Positions 30,469 through 40,635 of a stretch of DNA of 64,000 bases are shown piece after piece; the stretch's first letter is position 1; each line of letters opens with the position of its first letter. The notes below the pieces were generated by a model that did not search any database, was not told where the DNA came from, and worked only from the letters and a program-made list of their open reading frames with translations. The position numbers and the translations under genes were made by a program. The stretch is from Wickerhamiella versatilis (lineage: Eukaryota): assembly GCA_030867685.1 (NCBI GenBank), contig JAQOWU010000008.1, positions 2,852,001 to 2,916,000 of the forward strand, written 5' to 3'.

Positions 30469-30757
30469 CTAACCAGTGTAGACATGTACGAAATTTATTA
30501 AAAATACAGCGCCAAAAGCATAACCCCCTGATGCGAGCACAGCAAAAGAAAGGGGTGCAATAATTGATCCTTTAGTAGTCGAGGCGAATGCACACGTAGC
30601 AATAAACGCAAAGAGAAGACTCAGCAGTGCAAGGGGGCCCTGCGAGGCAAGCGATATGACACCCTCTGTTGGTGTTCCCTTAGCCCAAACAGCCTATGGT
30701 TAGCATTTGTTGTTTCCTTTAAGCGGCTCTGCAACTTACCTTCACGATATCCGACAT
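30469..30757 (-). CDS. OST5: oligosaccharyltransferase subunit Ost5 (spliced; exons 30757-30740 and 30693-30469; 80 aa)
   Basis: 46-nt intron GTAAGT..GCTAAC-CATAG (30739-30694). Spliced protein MSDIVKAVWAKGTP..LASQGPLALLSLLFAF..GAVFLINFVHVYTG has two TM helices and an Ost5-like C-terminus. Confidence 0.82.
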
Positions 30758-30810
30758 GTGAATGACGTAATCTTCCTTTATTCTTCAGAAAGGCTTAAGT
30801 GGAGTGAAAA

Positions 30811-31551
30811 ATGAAATTGAAAAGAGCAAAGGCGTATAAAAAGCAGATGAATTATTTGCATCTGAACTTTGGATTCAGGGAACCTTATCAAATTTTAGTC
30901 GATGAGGAAATGATTCTGGAGGCGGTAAGAACAAATTTTGACCTAAAAGCAGGGTTTGAACGTACGCTTCAAGGAGCAGTAAAGCCTATGGTCACGCAGT
31001 GTGCTATTGAGCATCTCTACAAGGCTAAAGATCCGCAAGCGATCTCTCTGGCGAAGACTTTTGAACGAAGAAGATGTGGTCACCGTCCTGGGGAATCGAC
31101 GCTCAGCGTATTTGAATGTATAAAAGATGTGGTGGATGCCAAAGGAGAGAATAAACACCGCTATGCAGTGGCCACGCAAAAGCCCAAGCTACGAGCATTT
31201 TTTCGTGGTATCCCTGCTGTGCCCTTAATACACATTAAACGTAGTGTGATGGTTCTTGAACCAATGGGAGAAGTTACCCAGGAAGCAAGAAGGTCTATCG
31301 AAAGTAAAAAGCTTGAAACAGGGCTAAATGAGCAACCGCAAAGAGCAGATGATGGCCAAAAGGTATCTCGGACTAAAGGACCAAAAGCACCAAATCCGCT
31401 CAGCGTGAAGAAACGACAACGACCTCTTGAGTCCGATGAAACAAACACAGCGAAAAAGAGGCGAAAGAGAGGGAAAAAGAAGGGCTCTTCTCTTGATGAT
31501 AGCACAACGAAGAATGGACAGGTTGCACCAATGCAACAGGCCGAAAACTAA
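30811..31551 (+). CDS. UTP23: SSU processome PIN-domain protein Utp23
   Basis: FGFREPYQILVD, TQCAIEHLY, ERRRCGH, KGPKAPNPLSVKK. Confidence 0.94.
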   Translation: MKLKRAKAYKKQMNYLHLNFGFREPYQILVDEEMILEAVRTNFDLKAGFERTLQGAVKPMVTQCAIEHLYKAKDPQAISLAKTFERRRCGHRPGESTLSVFECIKDVVDAKGENKHRYAVATQKPKLRAFFRGIPAVPLIHIKRSVMVLEPMGEVTQEARRSIESKKLETGLNEQPQRADDGQKVSRTKGPKAPNPLSVKKRQRPLESDETNTAKKRRKRGKKKGSSLDDSTTKNGQVAPMQQAEN

Positions 31552-31683
31552 TGATTTAATGGAATTAGCCGTAGAAATTTTGCAAAATGAGGGGTTTTAT
31601 AGCTCCCTTTTAAATAAAAAATCCTTCTCTCATCAAATATTGCCAAGATCATGATATTATTATTATTATTACATACGCAACAG

Positions 31684-32124
31684 ATGTTGGCTCGAAATGC
31701 TGTAAGACGTGGAGCTGTCTTCGTGCGAGCGTTTTCGCAGCAAAAATCCAGTCCTCTGCAAACGGCATTCCAACGGGATGATGATGAAGAGGATGACAGC
31801 AAGCGCTATCGCCTACAGAAGAATCCCGTCATCCCTAATATTAAGAATCTGCCCCACAGATGGAACAAGATGGATGCTGGTTCACAAGATGATATTATAG
31901 CTTTTCTCGAGGACAAGATGAGGGGCGACTGGCATGAACTCACGGCCGATGAGAAGCGCGCTTTGCATTACGTTTATTACGGAAAATGGGGACCCCGAGG
32001 CCCTGAGTTCGTGGATCACGGGAGAATTTACGGCTATTTTGCATGGACTATAGGATTCTGCCTAGTCAGTGTCTCAGGCTATAAGGCGTGGCTTGAATCC
32101 ACAAAAGATCAATCAAATACCTAA
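31684..32124 (+). CDS. Cox5/COX-IV-family paralog (Mtc3/Gep7-like), mitochondrial
   Basis: Presequence, DWHELTADEKRALHYVYYGKWGPR, single TM; shorter than Cox5. Confidence 0.7.
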   Translation: MLARNAVRRGAVFVRAFSQQKSSPLQTAFQRDDDEEDDSKRYRLQKNPVIPNIKNLPHRWNKMDAGSQDDIIAFLEDKMRGDWHELTADEKRALHYVYYGKWGPRGPEFVDHGRIYGYFAWTIGFCLVSVSGYKAWLESTKDQSNT

Positions 32125-32181
32125 TTTGAATTATAACAAATAAAAGCACTTATTACTTAAAAATAAATAAGTTCTATCACG

Positions 32182-32946
32182 CTAGCGCGTTACTGACGAC
32201 TGGGTCTCCTTTTCATTACCTCCTTCTCCACCCAGTAACTTTACGCGCATGTCCTCCAATGCGCTCAGATTTCGGGCTTCACTGCGTTCACCTACCAAGG
32301 TCTTGAGCCACTTGTTCTCCAATTCGAGCTGTTTCAACCTGGTTTCGAGTTCGTTCATTCTTTGCTGCATCATACGGCTGCTGCGCTCCATCTCCTGTTC
32401 CCTCAATTTCTTCTTGATCCTGAACCGTGCTGATGCTGCAGTATTACGCTTTCTTTTGTCGTCTTCGGCTACCTGACGAACCAATGACTCTGGATTTTGA
32501 CTTACTGTCTCCGTCACTGGCTCAGGCTTGGACTCAAGCTCAGACTTGGTCTCGGAGGGTTGAGAACCCACCCACGAATATGCTTCCTTTCCACCCTTAG
32601 GAAATTCGCCGAGATCTCCAAGGTATAGATCACTTGTATTCATAGCAGGAAGCTCACCTGCCAGGGAGAATTCCTGCAATGTTGATAAATCAAAGGGGAA
32701 TGGTGTCGAGTTCTGTTCGGCACTTTTAGATGGACCCGGACCATTCTGTTTCGAAGGATATTGAATCTGCTTTTCCTGTTGCATTAATAGTTCATCAACA
32801 GTGGTACCAATATCAGTGGACCGACCAATGTCAAAATCATAGAACGTGGTGTTCCGAAACACCTGCAATTCATCCTCTTGCTGTCCGCGAGGTCTTTCTT
32901 GCGGTATTCGATCTAGATTCGCGAGATACTGCAAATCACGAGACAT
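32182..32946 (-). CDS. bZIP sulfur regulator (MetR/Cys-3/Met4-Met28 type)
   Basis: DKRKRNTAASARFRIKKK basic region, leucine zipper, LENKWLK. Confidence 0.82.
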   Translation of the reverse strand: MSRDLQYLANLDRIPQERPRGQQEDELQVFRNTTFYDFDIGRSTDIGTTVDELLMQQEKQIQYPSKQNGPGPSKSAEQNSTPFPFDLSTLQEFSLAGELPAMNTSDLYLGDLGEFPKGGKEAYSWVGSQPSETKSELESKPEPVTETVSQNPESLVRQVAEDDKRKRNTAASARFRIKKKLREQEMERSSRMMQQRMNELETRLKQLELENKWLKTLVGERSEARNLSALEDMRVKLLGGEGGNEKETQSSVTR

Positions 32947-33180
32947 CTTTTTCCTCGTAATGGCACAGCAACAGGAAAGAAAATTGTAAGATGGAAAGTA
33001 GGTGGGGCTTTGTAATCATCAATTAATGTTTACTCAAGAGACAACTCAATGGCCCATAACGTCGGATTCCGAAGTTTAAATTCGATTTAACTCAGTTCCT
33101 ATTATCATTTTGTGCATATTCGGCGAGCGTATATCATCGGATTCACCAAATATTATGGGGTTAGGGTGTATGAGCACATT

Positions 33181-33217
33181 TCACGTGACATTACGGCAAG
33201 TATCTGTTGTCACGTGA
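33181..33217. promoter_or_regulatory. two TCACGTGA (Cbf1-type) sites upstream of the bZIP sulfur regulator
   Basis: TCACGTGA at 33181-33188 and 33210-33217. Confidence 0.65.
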
Positions 33218-33544
33218 ATGAACCTGTCAGTATGGTGTATCATTTGGACATATACTGCGGATAACAAGGGGAGCCAAAATATGGATGCTATTTAGATGAT
33301 GATTAAATCTCTATATGCTACATCAGAACAGGCTAACCCGCATGATTTTCCTTAAGAGAATTACTCAATAGTGAATGTGGCGCGATGTCGGTGATAACCT
33401 TAATCCGGTGAATTTCAATTCTTCAATCAAGGTAGGGCGTCAGAGTCACAATAAAATGGTTCTATTGACGTTAACTTTGATATCTCAACTTTTAATCCTT
33501 GTTCTGTTTCAACCACCGTCTTTCTAATTACATCACCTTACTAT

Positions 33545-34897
33545 ATGCCGACCGTTTTATCGAAGATTGTCGGGCGCGGCGGTCTAGTAAGCCACAGATG
33601 CTTGCATACGTCTAAGAGCATCCGCAAAGCTCCTCAGTTGTATGTAAGGGAGAGTCCAGTTGTACACAAGAAGACGTGGCTTGAGGCTCTTCATCAACGT
33701 GAGAAAATGCTCGCGGAGCATCCAGAGCTTGCGAGGAAAGATGGAGGAGTGGTTCTTGCTCATAACGATGTGAAATCACGCGAGGTTTCTAGCCGTTCGG
33801 CTCGTGACTCGTTTGTGAGTGTTGTCCTGCCATTCAAGGATGATAAATGGTTTCTAGATGGCTACATTAATGCGTTTGGAAGACTAAGGATGGGACAGCT
33901 CTTTCAGGACCTGGATCGTCTTTCAGGAATGATAGCCAATAAACACTGTTTACCGGCTGAGCCTGTAATAGTAACTGCATCCGTCGATAGAATTCTACTG
34001 CTGAAGCGACTTGAGGATTTAAGTTCGCGAAATGTCGGTCTTTGGGGACATGTCACCTGGACTGGTCGCAGCTCTATGGAAATTACCATCCATGCCTGTA
34101 CCACGAACGAGTCTGACCTCAATTTTGATCAGGCACATGAAGAGACATCGTTCATGGTGGCTAACTTCACTTTTGTTGCAAGGGATCCAGACACTCAGCG
34201 GGCGTTTACGGTGAATCATTTGCAGCCGGAAACAAAAACTGAGCTCCTAGAATACCTGTTGGGTGAGAAATATAATCAGAGAAAGAAGGCTGAGGTCGGT
34301 AAACACGCATTGACAAACACCCTTCCTACTCCAGAGGAGACAAAAATTGTTCATGACCTGTGGCTTGACTCGCGAAATGACTCTCAATCTGATAGCGTTT
34401 CAATGGATGAAACAGGTGTGCAAACCACGCGAATTATGCAACCACAGTACAGAAATCGTCATTCATATATGATCTTCGGAGGATATGAGATGCGCGAGGC
34501 CTTTGAGACAGCATACGCATGTGCGGGAGCATTCAGCCATAAACCGCCTCGTTTCGTATCCTTGGATACGGTTGCCTTCTCGACGCCCGTCCCAGTAGGT
34601 AGCGTGCTCACATTGCGAGCCTTCGTGACATATACTGAAAAGCATACGTTTTCGCTCACCGAAAATGGTGAATCGCACGAGGGAACCCTTGTACAGGTCC
34701 GTGTCCAGTCAGTAGTACGTGGACTAAGAGACGACTATCGTAAGGACGCTGGAACATTCGTGTTCTCGTTCTTCGTAGAGGGCGAACCTGGTCTAAAGCT
34801 AATGCCACGGTCTTACGACGAAATGATGATGTACATCGAAGGTAGAAGGCGTGCCAAAGAAAGTGCTTCCTATTTGAAGGAGATCATCAGTCACTAA
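33545..34897 (+). CDS. mitochondrial double-hotdog acyl-CoA thioesterase (ACOT9-like)
   Basis: IVTASVDRI, VTWTGRSSMEI, MIFGGYEMREAFE, PVPVGSVL. Confidence 0.88.
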   Translation: MPTVLSKIVGRGGLVSHRCLHTSKSIRKAPQLYVRESPVVHKKTWLEALHQREKMLAEHPELARKDGGVVLAHNDVKSREVSSRSARDSFVSVVLPFKDDKWFLDGYINAFGRLRMGQLFQDLDRLSGMIANKHCLPAEPVIVTASVDRILLLKRLEDLSSRNVGLWGHVTWTGRSSMEITIHACTTNESDLNFDQAHEETSFMVANFTFVARDPDTQRAFTVNHLQPETKTELLEYLLGEKYNQRKKAEVGKHALTNTLPTPEETKIVHDLWLDSRNDSQSDSVSMDETGVQTTRIMQPQYRNRHSYMIFGGYEMREAFETAYACAGAFSHKPPRFVSLDTVAFSTPVPVGSVLTLRAFVTYTEKHTFSLTENGESHEGTLVQVRVQSVVRGLRDDYRKDAGTFVFSFFVEGEPGLKLMPRSYDEMMMYIEGRRRAKESASYLKEIISH

Positions 34898-34965
34898 TTT
34901 ACATAACTATCGTGCAGTTTCTGCTTTTAATGCGCGGATAATCTGTCATGCTATACTCTGTCATT

Positions 34966-36564
34966 TCAGTTTTCCTCATCCTCCTCCTCTATAATTACTT
35001 CAGGTCGTCTTAAATCCGATAGACGAACATAGCGATTAGAAGTGAATTTGGGTCGTTTGAGACTGCTGTGCATGAATCCGCGGGCCATTGCTAACAAACT
35101 AAATCCGTTGGATGAGCGCCAACATGCTACAAATATAACAATTGCAACTATTCCCACCACAATAAGAGCCAGTAAACTGGCTCGTCGATAGGCACGGCGT
35201 ACTGCAGCTGCTACCTCTTCAGTATTTCCTGAAGGATCTTTAATGGGCAAAATCTCTTCTTTATCTAAGGCTTTTTGCACAAAATATTCTGCGACTAACC
35301 GCATCTCAGTCGGTAGGCCTATTGGTAGCATATGCGTACCATTGGCGACATTTAGAAATGACAGCCCACGTGCCTGCTTCAAGACACCGATAGTTCTCCC
35401 TTCCAAGCTTAATATCTCTGGTTGTTCGTCATCATGGAAGCCGAAAGTTGTGCTATTGCCCCATTTAAGGTTATCCAGGGCCAACTCCACCCCATCATAG
35501 TTACAGATGTAATCTTTTTCGCCTGTTGCCAGCAGTACTGGTGTCTCCTCAAGCATTTCAGGTAACAACTTAATGCCAGTCTCATCATTATTTGCCTTCA
35601 TGGCTCTATGTACAGACCCTTTACACTCCTCCCATGTCTCTGAGGACACAGGTACATGTAACGCTTTTCGTACCTCAGGGCGACTAAGATACTTTTTCAT
35701 TAGAGGTAAAGTTTCTGGCCATTCCATACCACATAAATCATAGGGTGAAATCTTATCATAGTCATATACGTTGAAACATTGCTTTGACCCCCCATACATC
35801 CGTAAGGCAAAACTGGAGATATCCTCACAGGCAGACACAACCAATTCTTTTGTTTCCTGAAGAGCATCAATGCAGGCTTTTTGCAATTCATCAAGTTTTG
35901 GCCAGTTCTCTTTTGCTACTAAGTTTTTCTGTTTTAAGAAATTCGCATAACTCAAGTACTGGTGAGGAGGATCGATCCATGGTCCACCAATAAAAACCCC
36001 CTTAACCTGCATAATGTTTCGAACTACCTTCCATACATGTGGAAGGTACTGCCCTGCAAAGGACTCCCCTGCAAGATACCAGTGATCTCTTTGTTGCTCA
36101 GGAAAAACTTTGAAATATTCCTCAAAGAATTCTGCGACCTTCTCAGCAGCAATTTCTAACGATCCATCTAGAGCACCATCTGAAACAGAGTATCCCGTAC
36201 CTAGTGGTTGATCGAGAAACAAAAGGTCTATGTTTTCTGTCCATGATCCCTCGTTTTCCACAAGGCCACCTTCAGCATTGAATCCGAAAGGTCCAAGTTC
36301 AAGCAATGCACCATCCATGGAAGAACACCCTGGTCCGCCATTAAGCCATAACATTCTTTTTCTAGAGTCTGTACGTTGATAGTTTGCGCTAACATGCCAA
36401 AAAAATAATTTACCACCTGTTACGTTCAATAAGCCAGCATGCATTGTTGGAAATCGCGATCCAGGCGTTAGATCTGGGAGCTCATCAACATAAAAATCTG
36501 CAGCAGCCGGGACGGCATGGGCGACACCCAACCAGGCTATCGCTATGACCAGAAGCCGTAGCAT
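34966..36564 (-). CDS. KEX1: Kex1 serine carboxypeptidase
   Basis: Signal peptide, WLNGGPGCSSMDG, GESFAG, HM catalytic His, TM plus acidic tail. First ATG is at 36564. Confidence 0.88.
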   Translation of the reverse strand: MLRLLVIAIAWLGVAHAVPAAADFYVDELPDLTPGSRFPTMHAGLLNVTGGKLFFWHVSANYQRTDSRKRMLWLNGGPGCSSMDGALLELGPFGFNAEGGLVENEGSWTENIDLLFLDQPLGTGYSVSDGALDGSLEIAAEKVAEFFEEYFKVFPEQQRDHWYLAGESFAGQYLPHVWKVVRNIMQVKGVFIGGPWIDPPHQYLSYANFLKQKNLVAKENWPKLDELQKACIDALQETKELVVSACEDISSFALRMYGGSKQCFNVYDYDKISPYDLCGMEWPETLPLMKKYLSRPEVRKALHVPVSSETWEECKGSVHRAMKANNDETGIKLLPEMLEETPVLLATGEKDYICNYDGVELALDNLKWGNSTTFGFHDDEQPEILSLEGRTIGVLKQARGLSFLNVANGTHMLPIGLPTEMRLVAEYFVQKALDKEEILPIKDPSGNTEEVAAAVRRAYRRASLLALIVVGIVAIVIFVACWRSSNGFSLLAMARGFMHSSLKRPKFTSNRYVRLSDLRRPEVIIEEEDEEN

Positions 36565-36932
36565 GTCAGCAGCACTGGTCTGGGTGGGTGCCAGCACCAA
36601 AGCATGAGGCTGCAATTGTAGGTTTGTAGTATAGTGGTGTGGCAATACGGTATTGCTGCATTGGTTTAAAACTAATATTACCTTTATGAATATGCTGATC
36701 AGCTATGCCAGATGTATAACTATAGTAGGCGGGCCGGACATAATTTTTTTCTTGTTTTGCTCCCCAAGAGAGCTATTTGGTGAAAACAATTTCTTCAATT
36801 TCTTTTGTTATGTTATCTTTCTTTCTGAATATATAGTGGGGAACTTAACGGTCGGTCTAGACCCTATTAAGCGCAAACACGTTGGATATCACGTAACATT
36901 CCACAACTGTTGCAGTATAACTATCTCTGCCA

Positions 36933-37658
36933 ATGGCGTCGAACCCACCTGGAAAATGTTGCACTGAAGGAGTTAAGCACTCAGGCACCGCCCTAGGCGA
37001 GTTTATAAAGATTGAGGATTTTGGTACTTATATTACTGGTGACAAGTCTGCCACTAAGGTCATTATCATCTATCCCGATGTGTTCGGCCCTCAGTATCTG
37101 AACGTGCAGTTGGTTGCGGACTCCTTTGCTGCCAGTGGATATTTCGTTGTCGTTCCTGATTTGTTTAAAGGTGACCCCCTTGTTCCAGGAGGCGCTCCCC
37201 TCACCCCCGAATGGATTGGACGACACAGTATTGCGAGTGCTGTGCCAATTGCCGACGCAGCGTACAAATGGGTCACAAGTACTAAACGTGAGTTCATCGG
37301 TGCTATTGGATATTGCTATGGTGCGCCATTTGTGATCAAGCAGCTGGCAAAGGGCTCTCTAGGAGCAGGTGCAATTGCCCATCCCTCCTTTGTGGAAATA
37401 GATGACGTGAAAAAATTGACGTCTGAGCATGGTCCTTTGCTTATCAGTGCGGCGGAAACGGATCCTATTTTCACACCAGAACTGCGATCTAAAACTGAGG
37501 AAGTTCTGCGTGAAAATGGTGCTGCCTACCATTCTACTTTAGCCAGTGGAGTTAAACATGGATTCGCGGTTCGTGGTGATCCAGAGCAGCGTGCAGACCG
37601 CATTGCCAAGGAAAAGGCATTTGCGGATCAGTTGTGGTGGTTTAAGATCAACCAGTAG
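36933..37658 (+). CDS. AIM2: dienelactone hydrolase family, Aim2-like
   Basis: MASNPPGKCC, GYCYGA, HGFAVRGD. Confidence 0.85.
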   Translation: MASNPPGKCCTEGVKHSGTALGEFIKIEDFGTYITGDKSATKVIIIYPDVFGPQYLNVQLVADSFAASGYFVVVPDLFKGDPLVPGGAPLTPEWIGRHSIASAVPIADAAYKWVTSTKREFIGAIGYCYGAPFVIKQLAKGSLGAGAIAHPSFVEIDDVKKLTSEHGPLLISAAETDPIFTPELRSKTEEVLRENGAAYHSTLASGVKHGFAVRGDPEQRADRIAKEKAFADQLWWFKINQ

Positions 37659-37709
37659 TAGCTAGCTAGGTTATCAAATGTCATTAAACTACAAAGCGAC
37701 AAAATACAA

Positions 37710-40202
37710 TTAAATGAATGCGAGCTCTCCTTTATGGCCAGAAGGTGGCCGATGGCCAACTTGGCTTGGTTTACGGGTCACGTCTTGTTGATTTACTGAG
37801 CTTCCTGCCCATCGAACACCACCCTGTTCGTCTCTATAAGGTCTTAGGTCAACGTCATCACTCAGGCTACTCGACTCTTCTTCTCCCGAAGACGCTGTAC
37901 GATAAACATGATCAGATGCTTGGCTTCGTCGTCGGAATTGAGTAAAGCTTGCATCTCGAGCCACCTGGGATCCATATGCCGACGAGGAATGAGATCCCAT
38001 ACGATGCAAGATTCCAGAACTTGCATCGCGTTGCATATTAGCATTAGATCCCTCGGGGAATTCTTGAGATGTGGGTTGTACTGTTGGCTGCTCGGTTGGA
38101 GCTATTGACGCTAGACTGGAATAAGACATTCTTTGGTCCTGCCACCTTCTGTCACCCACATTGCTATGTTGCCAGCTCTCTCGTGGAATATCGCCAAGAG
38201 CATCATCTGCCTCTCCTGGGGGCAGTAAGTTTGTATCACTGCGATTGTTGACTGGCATTATATCTGTTAGTGTCCTCTCGTCCATGTCGCCATGGGATTG
38301 GGGTGATGAAGATCTAAAAGCGCCGGAGCTATTATCATCCATTTGACGGAAATTCAATGTAGACTGCCTTTGAGGACTACTCGCAGTATCAAGCTTAGGT
38401 TCATCTTCCTTTGCATCACCAAACACAGTTTCATCACTTGAGGTGTCATCTGTATGATTATCCGATCCAGTTCGGAAGACAGGAGTCACAAACACACCCT
38501 TAGAAGTTGGGCGAGGTGCACTCACGGCTTTATCGCTTGCCGTACCTGATCCTCCTCCAGGACTCTTTCCACCGGCTGCGGCTGCGGCCCTTTCCTCTTG
38601 AATACGCCGCCGACGAGACCACCAGAAGAATAATAGCAAAAGTGCAAGAGCGATAAGTCCTAGAGGGATTCCAACACCACATCCAATTGCAATAGATTTA
38701 CCTGATGATTTGCTCTTCGATCCTGCTGCAGACACCGCGCCGGTGGACGAGGAGGTTGCAGCGGAGGATGAGCGCGAGCCTGAACCTGTTGCAGAAGAGG
38801 AGGACGTTCTTGTGGCAGAAACGGACCCAGACGAGGTCGAGCGGGCTGATGAGGAGGAGGTTACTGAGCTCGAATGACCCGACGTAGTCCTACTCGACGT
38901 GGCACTGGTAGAGCTACTACTATGCACCTTGTTTCGGGCATATATAGAAATAGTTGCGACATTGTTATCATTCTCTTCCTCGTCATCGGCTCGCTTTTTC
39001 TTCTGGGAATTCGAATCAGTATTAGCGATCAGCTTGACAACGGTAGACTCAAAGTCATCCGGTACCTCGCCCAACACCGTCTTGTTGTCAGAATCATACT
39101 TCAACCAGTCCACACCCTTGATAGAAATATCTGCATCTTTCATTAGATACTGCCCCAGGTCGTAAGTCAAAAAGCTTCCGCGAGTTGCGTTGATAGAAGG
39201 AAGACTTGATGTAGAGAAAAAAGAGTCGTTTTTCGATTTAACTTCAAATATAGCCTGGAAAGAGACTGTATCTTCATAATTATCGGTGAGCGTGATATTA
39301 ACTACTGTTTCACCCTCATCCGATGGGATTCCAGTCAAAGTATAGTTTGACTTGTGAAAAGTCAACCAATCATTACCCTGAGGTATCGTTGCCTCAGCAT
39401 TTGATAGATTACCTGGTTCAAGAGGCTTGGTATTGAATGTCACATTATGAAGAGGAATGTCATATTCCAACCACTCGCCAGTAGTGGCATTAACATAGTC
39501 TGTTGAAAAGTCCATAGATAAAGTGTTGGCCCCGAGAACGAAGCTGAACTGGACCTCCGACGTGGCATACCCTGCATAAGTTGACTGTATATATAGCATG
39601 TCAAAAGACTGCGCTTTAGCAATCTGCGAATTGACGCTCGGCGCAGTACCACTGAAAGTACCCGTTTCTCCATCAAAGTTAAGCCAAATCGGAAGCGGCG
39701 AATGATTCGCAGTGACGGCATAATGACCAACCACAGTGCGACCATCGTTATTAAAGAAGTTGTTGGGGAATTTCAATTCAAATGGTTGACTCGGTTCAAG
39801 TACAAAACTATCAGGAGAGGATATTTCACCCGATGCTGATAGAACCTGCTGCAAGGACTTCGATGTTCCAGCATCTTTAGTGGAAGTTAACTGCAACGTG
39901 CAGTCATCGCTTGCCTGGCCTTGCGAATCAGAAGCCTTGATGGTAAATTTTACGGTAGTGTCTTCGCCCTGGCTGGACGGCGTACCCGTCAGTGTTCTTC
40001 CGTTCAAAGACAACCAGTCAGGTAGTCCATCAGCGGAGTAACTGAGGTCTTCCCCGGAATCAGCTTTGAAGGTATCACCGGATATTGTATAGGTGTATTG
40101 TTCACCGTAACGAGCGACAGGTGGTAGTTGGTTGTTAAAAGGGAATGATACCTGTGGTGCAGACCATGCACAAGTCAACAGTGCAAGCCATGCGCCTCGC
40201 AT
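37710..40202 (-). CDS. AXL2: axial budding protein Axl2 (cadherin-like repeats, TM)
   Basis: PFNNQLPPVARYG, LPDWLS, PLPIWLNFD, S/T stalk, IAIGCGVGIPLG TM. Confidence 0.88.
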   Translation of the reverse strand: MRGAWLALLTCAWSAPQVSFPFNNQLPPVARYGEQYTYTISGDTFKADSGEDLSYSADGLPDWLSLNGRTLTGTPSSQGEDTTVKFTIKASDSQGQASDDCTLQLTSTKDAGTSKSLQQVLSASGEISSPDSFVLEPSQPFELKFPNNFFNNDGRTVVGHYAVTANHSPLPIWLNFDGETGTFSGTAPSVNSQIAKAQSFDMLYIQSTYAGYATSEVQFSFVLGANTLSMDFSTDYVNATTGEWLEYDIPLHNVTFNTKPLEPGNLSNAEATIPQGNDWLTFHKSNYTLTGIPSDEGETVVNITLTDNYEDTVSFQAIFEVKSKNDSFFSTSSLPSINATRGSFLTYDLGQYLMKDADISIKGVDWLKYDSDNKTVLGEVPDDFESTVVKLIANTDSNSQKKKRADDEEENDNNVATISIYARNKVHSSSSTSATSSRTTSGHSSSVTSSSSARSTSSGSVSATRTSSSSATGSGSRSSSAATSSSTGAVSAAGSKSKSSGKSIAIGCGVGIPLGLIALALLLLFFWWSRRRRIQEERAAAAAGGKSPGGGSGTASDKAVSAPRPTSKGVFVTPVFRTGSDNHTDDTSSDETVFGDAKEDEPKLDTASSPQRQSTLNFRQMDDNSSGAFRSSSPQSHGDMDERTLTDIMPVNNRSDTNLLPPGEADDALGDIPRESWQHSNVGDRRWQDQRMSYSSLASIAPTEQPTVQPTSQEFPEGSNANMQRDASSGILHRMGSHSSSAYGSQVARDASFTQFRRRSQASDHVYRTASSGEEESSSLSDDVDLRPYRDEQGGVRWAGSSVNQQDVTRKPSQVGHRPPSGHKGELAFI

Positions 40203-40396
40203 GCGGTGTTAATTTCCAGTGTTCACAATAAAGTGTTAAGTCAGTAGGAGAGAACATAAATTTGGGAAAGGGGGGTGTATTTGGGTTTTCGATGTTAGGT
40301 TAATGCATGGCCCTTGCGCGTATGAAGTCTCACGACCAGACCGAATTCCACTTATTTGGATTCTATTACGCATTCAATTAATATAAAAACACGTAA

Positions 40397-40587
40397 ACGC
40401 GTCTGGAATCAACCAAAACGGACCATCATCCGGTCCAAGGATTCTTCTTAACCCCTGTATCAGGTTAGGGTATGACGCGTCTCCCAATTTTAATTAGAAG
40501 CGAAAAAGATTATACTAGGCCGTTGCGCTGAAGTGTTGACGTAATATAACCCCTAGTTACGCGTCATTAGCAATTTACTTTACGCGT
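40397..40587. promoter_or_regulatory. cluster of four MCB (ACGCGT) elements in the AXL2 promoter
   Basis: ACGCGT at 40397, 40475, 40559 and 40582. Confidence 0.75.
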
Positions 40588-40635
40588 TCACAGTGTCGGA
40601 GGTTTGCTAACATTGGATAGATAGATAGCTAGATA

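Noticed and set aside
38700-38920. Repetitive GAGGAG/GACGAG tract
   Set aside because: It encodes the Ser/Thr stalk of Axl2 and is not an independent repeat.
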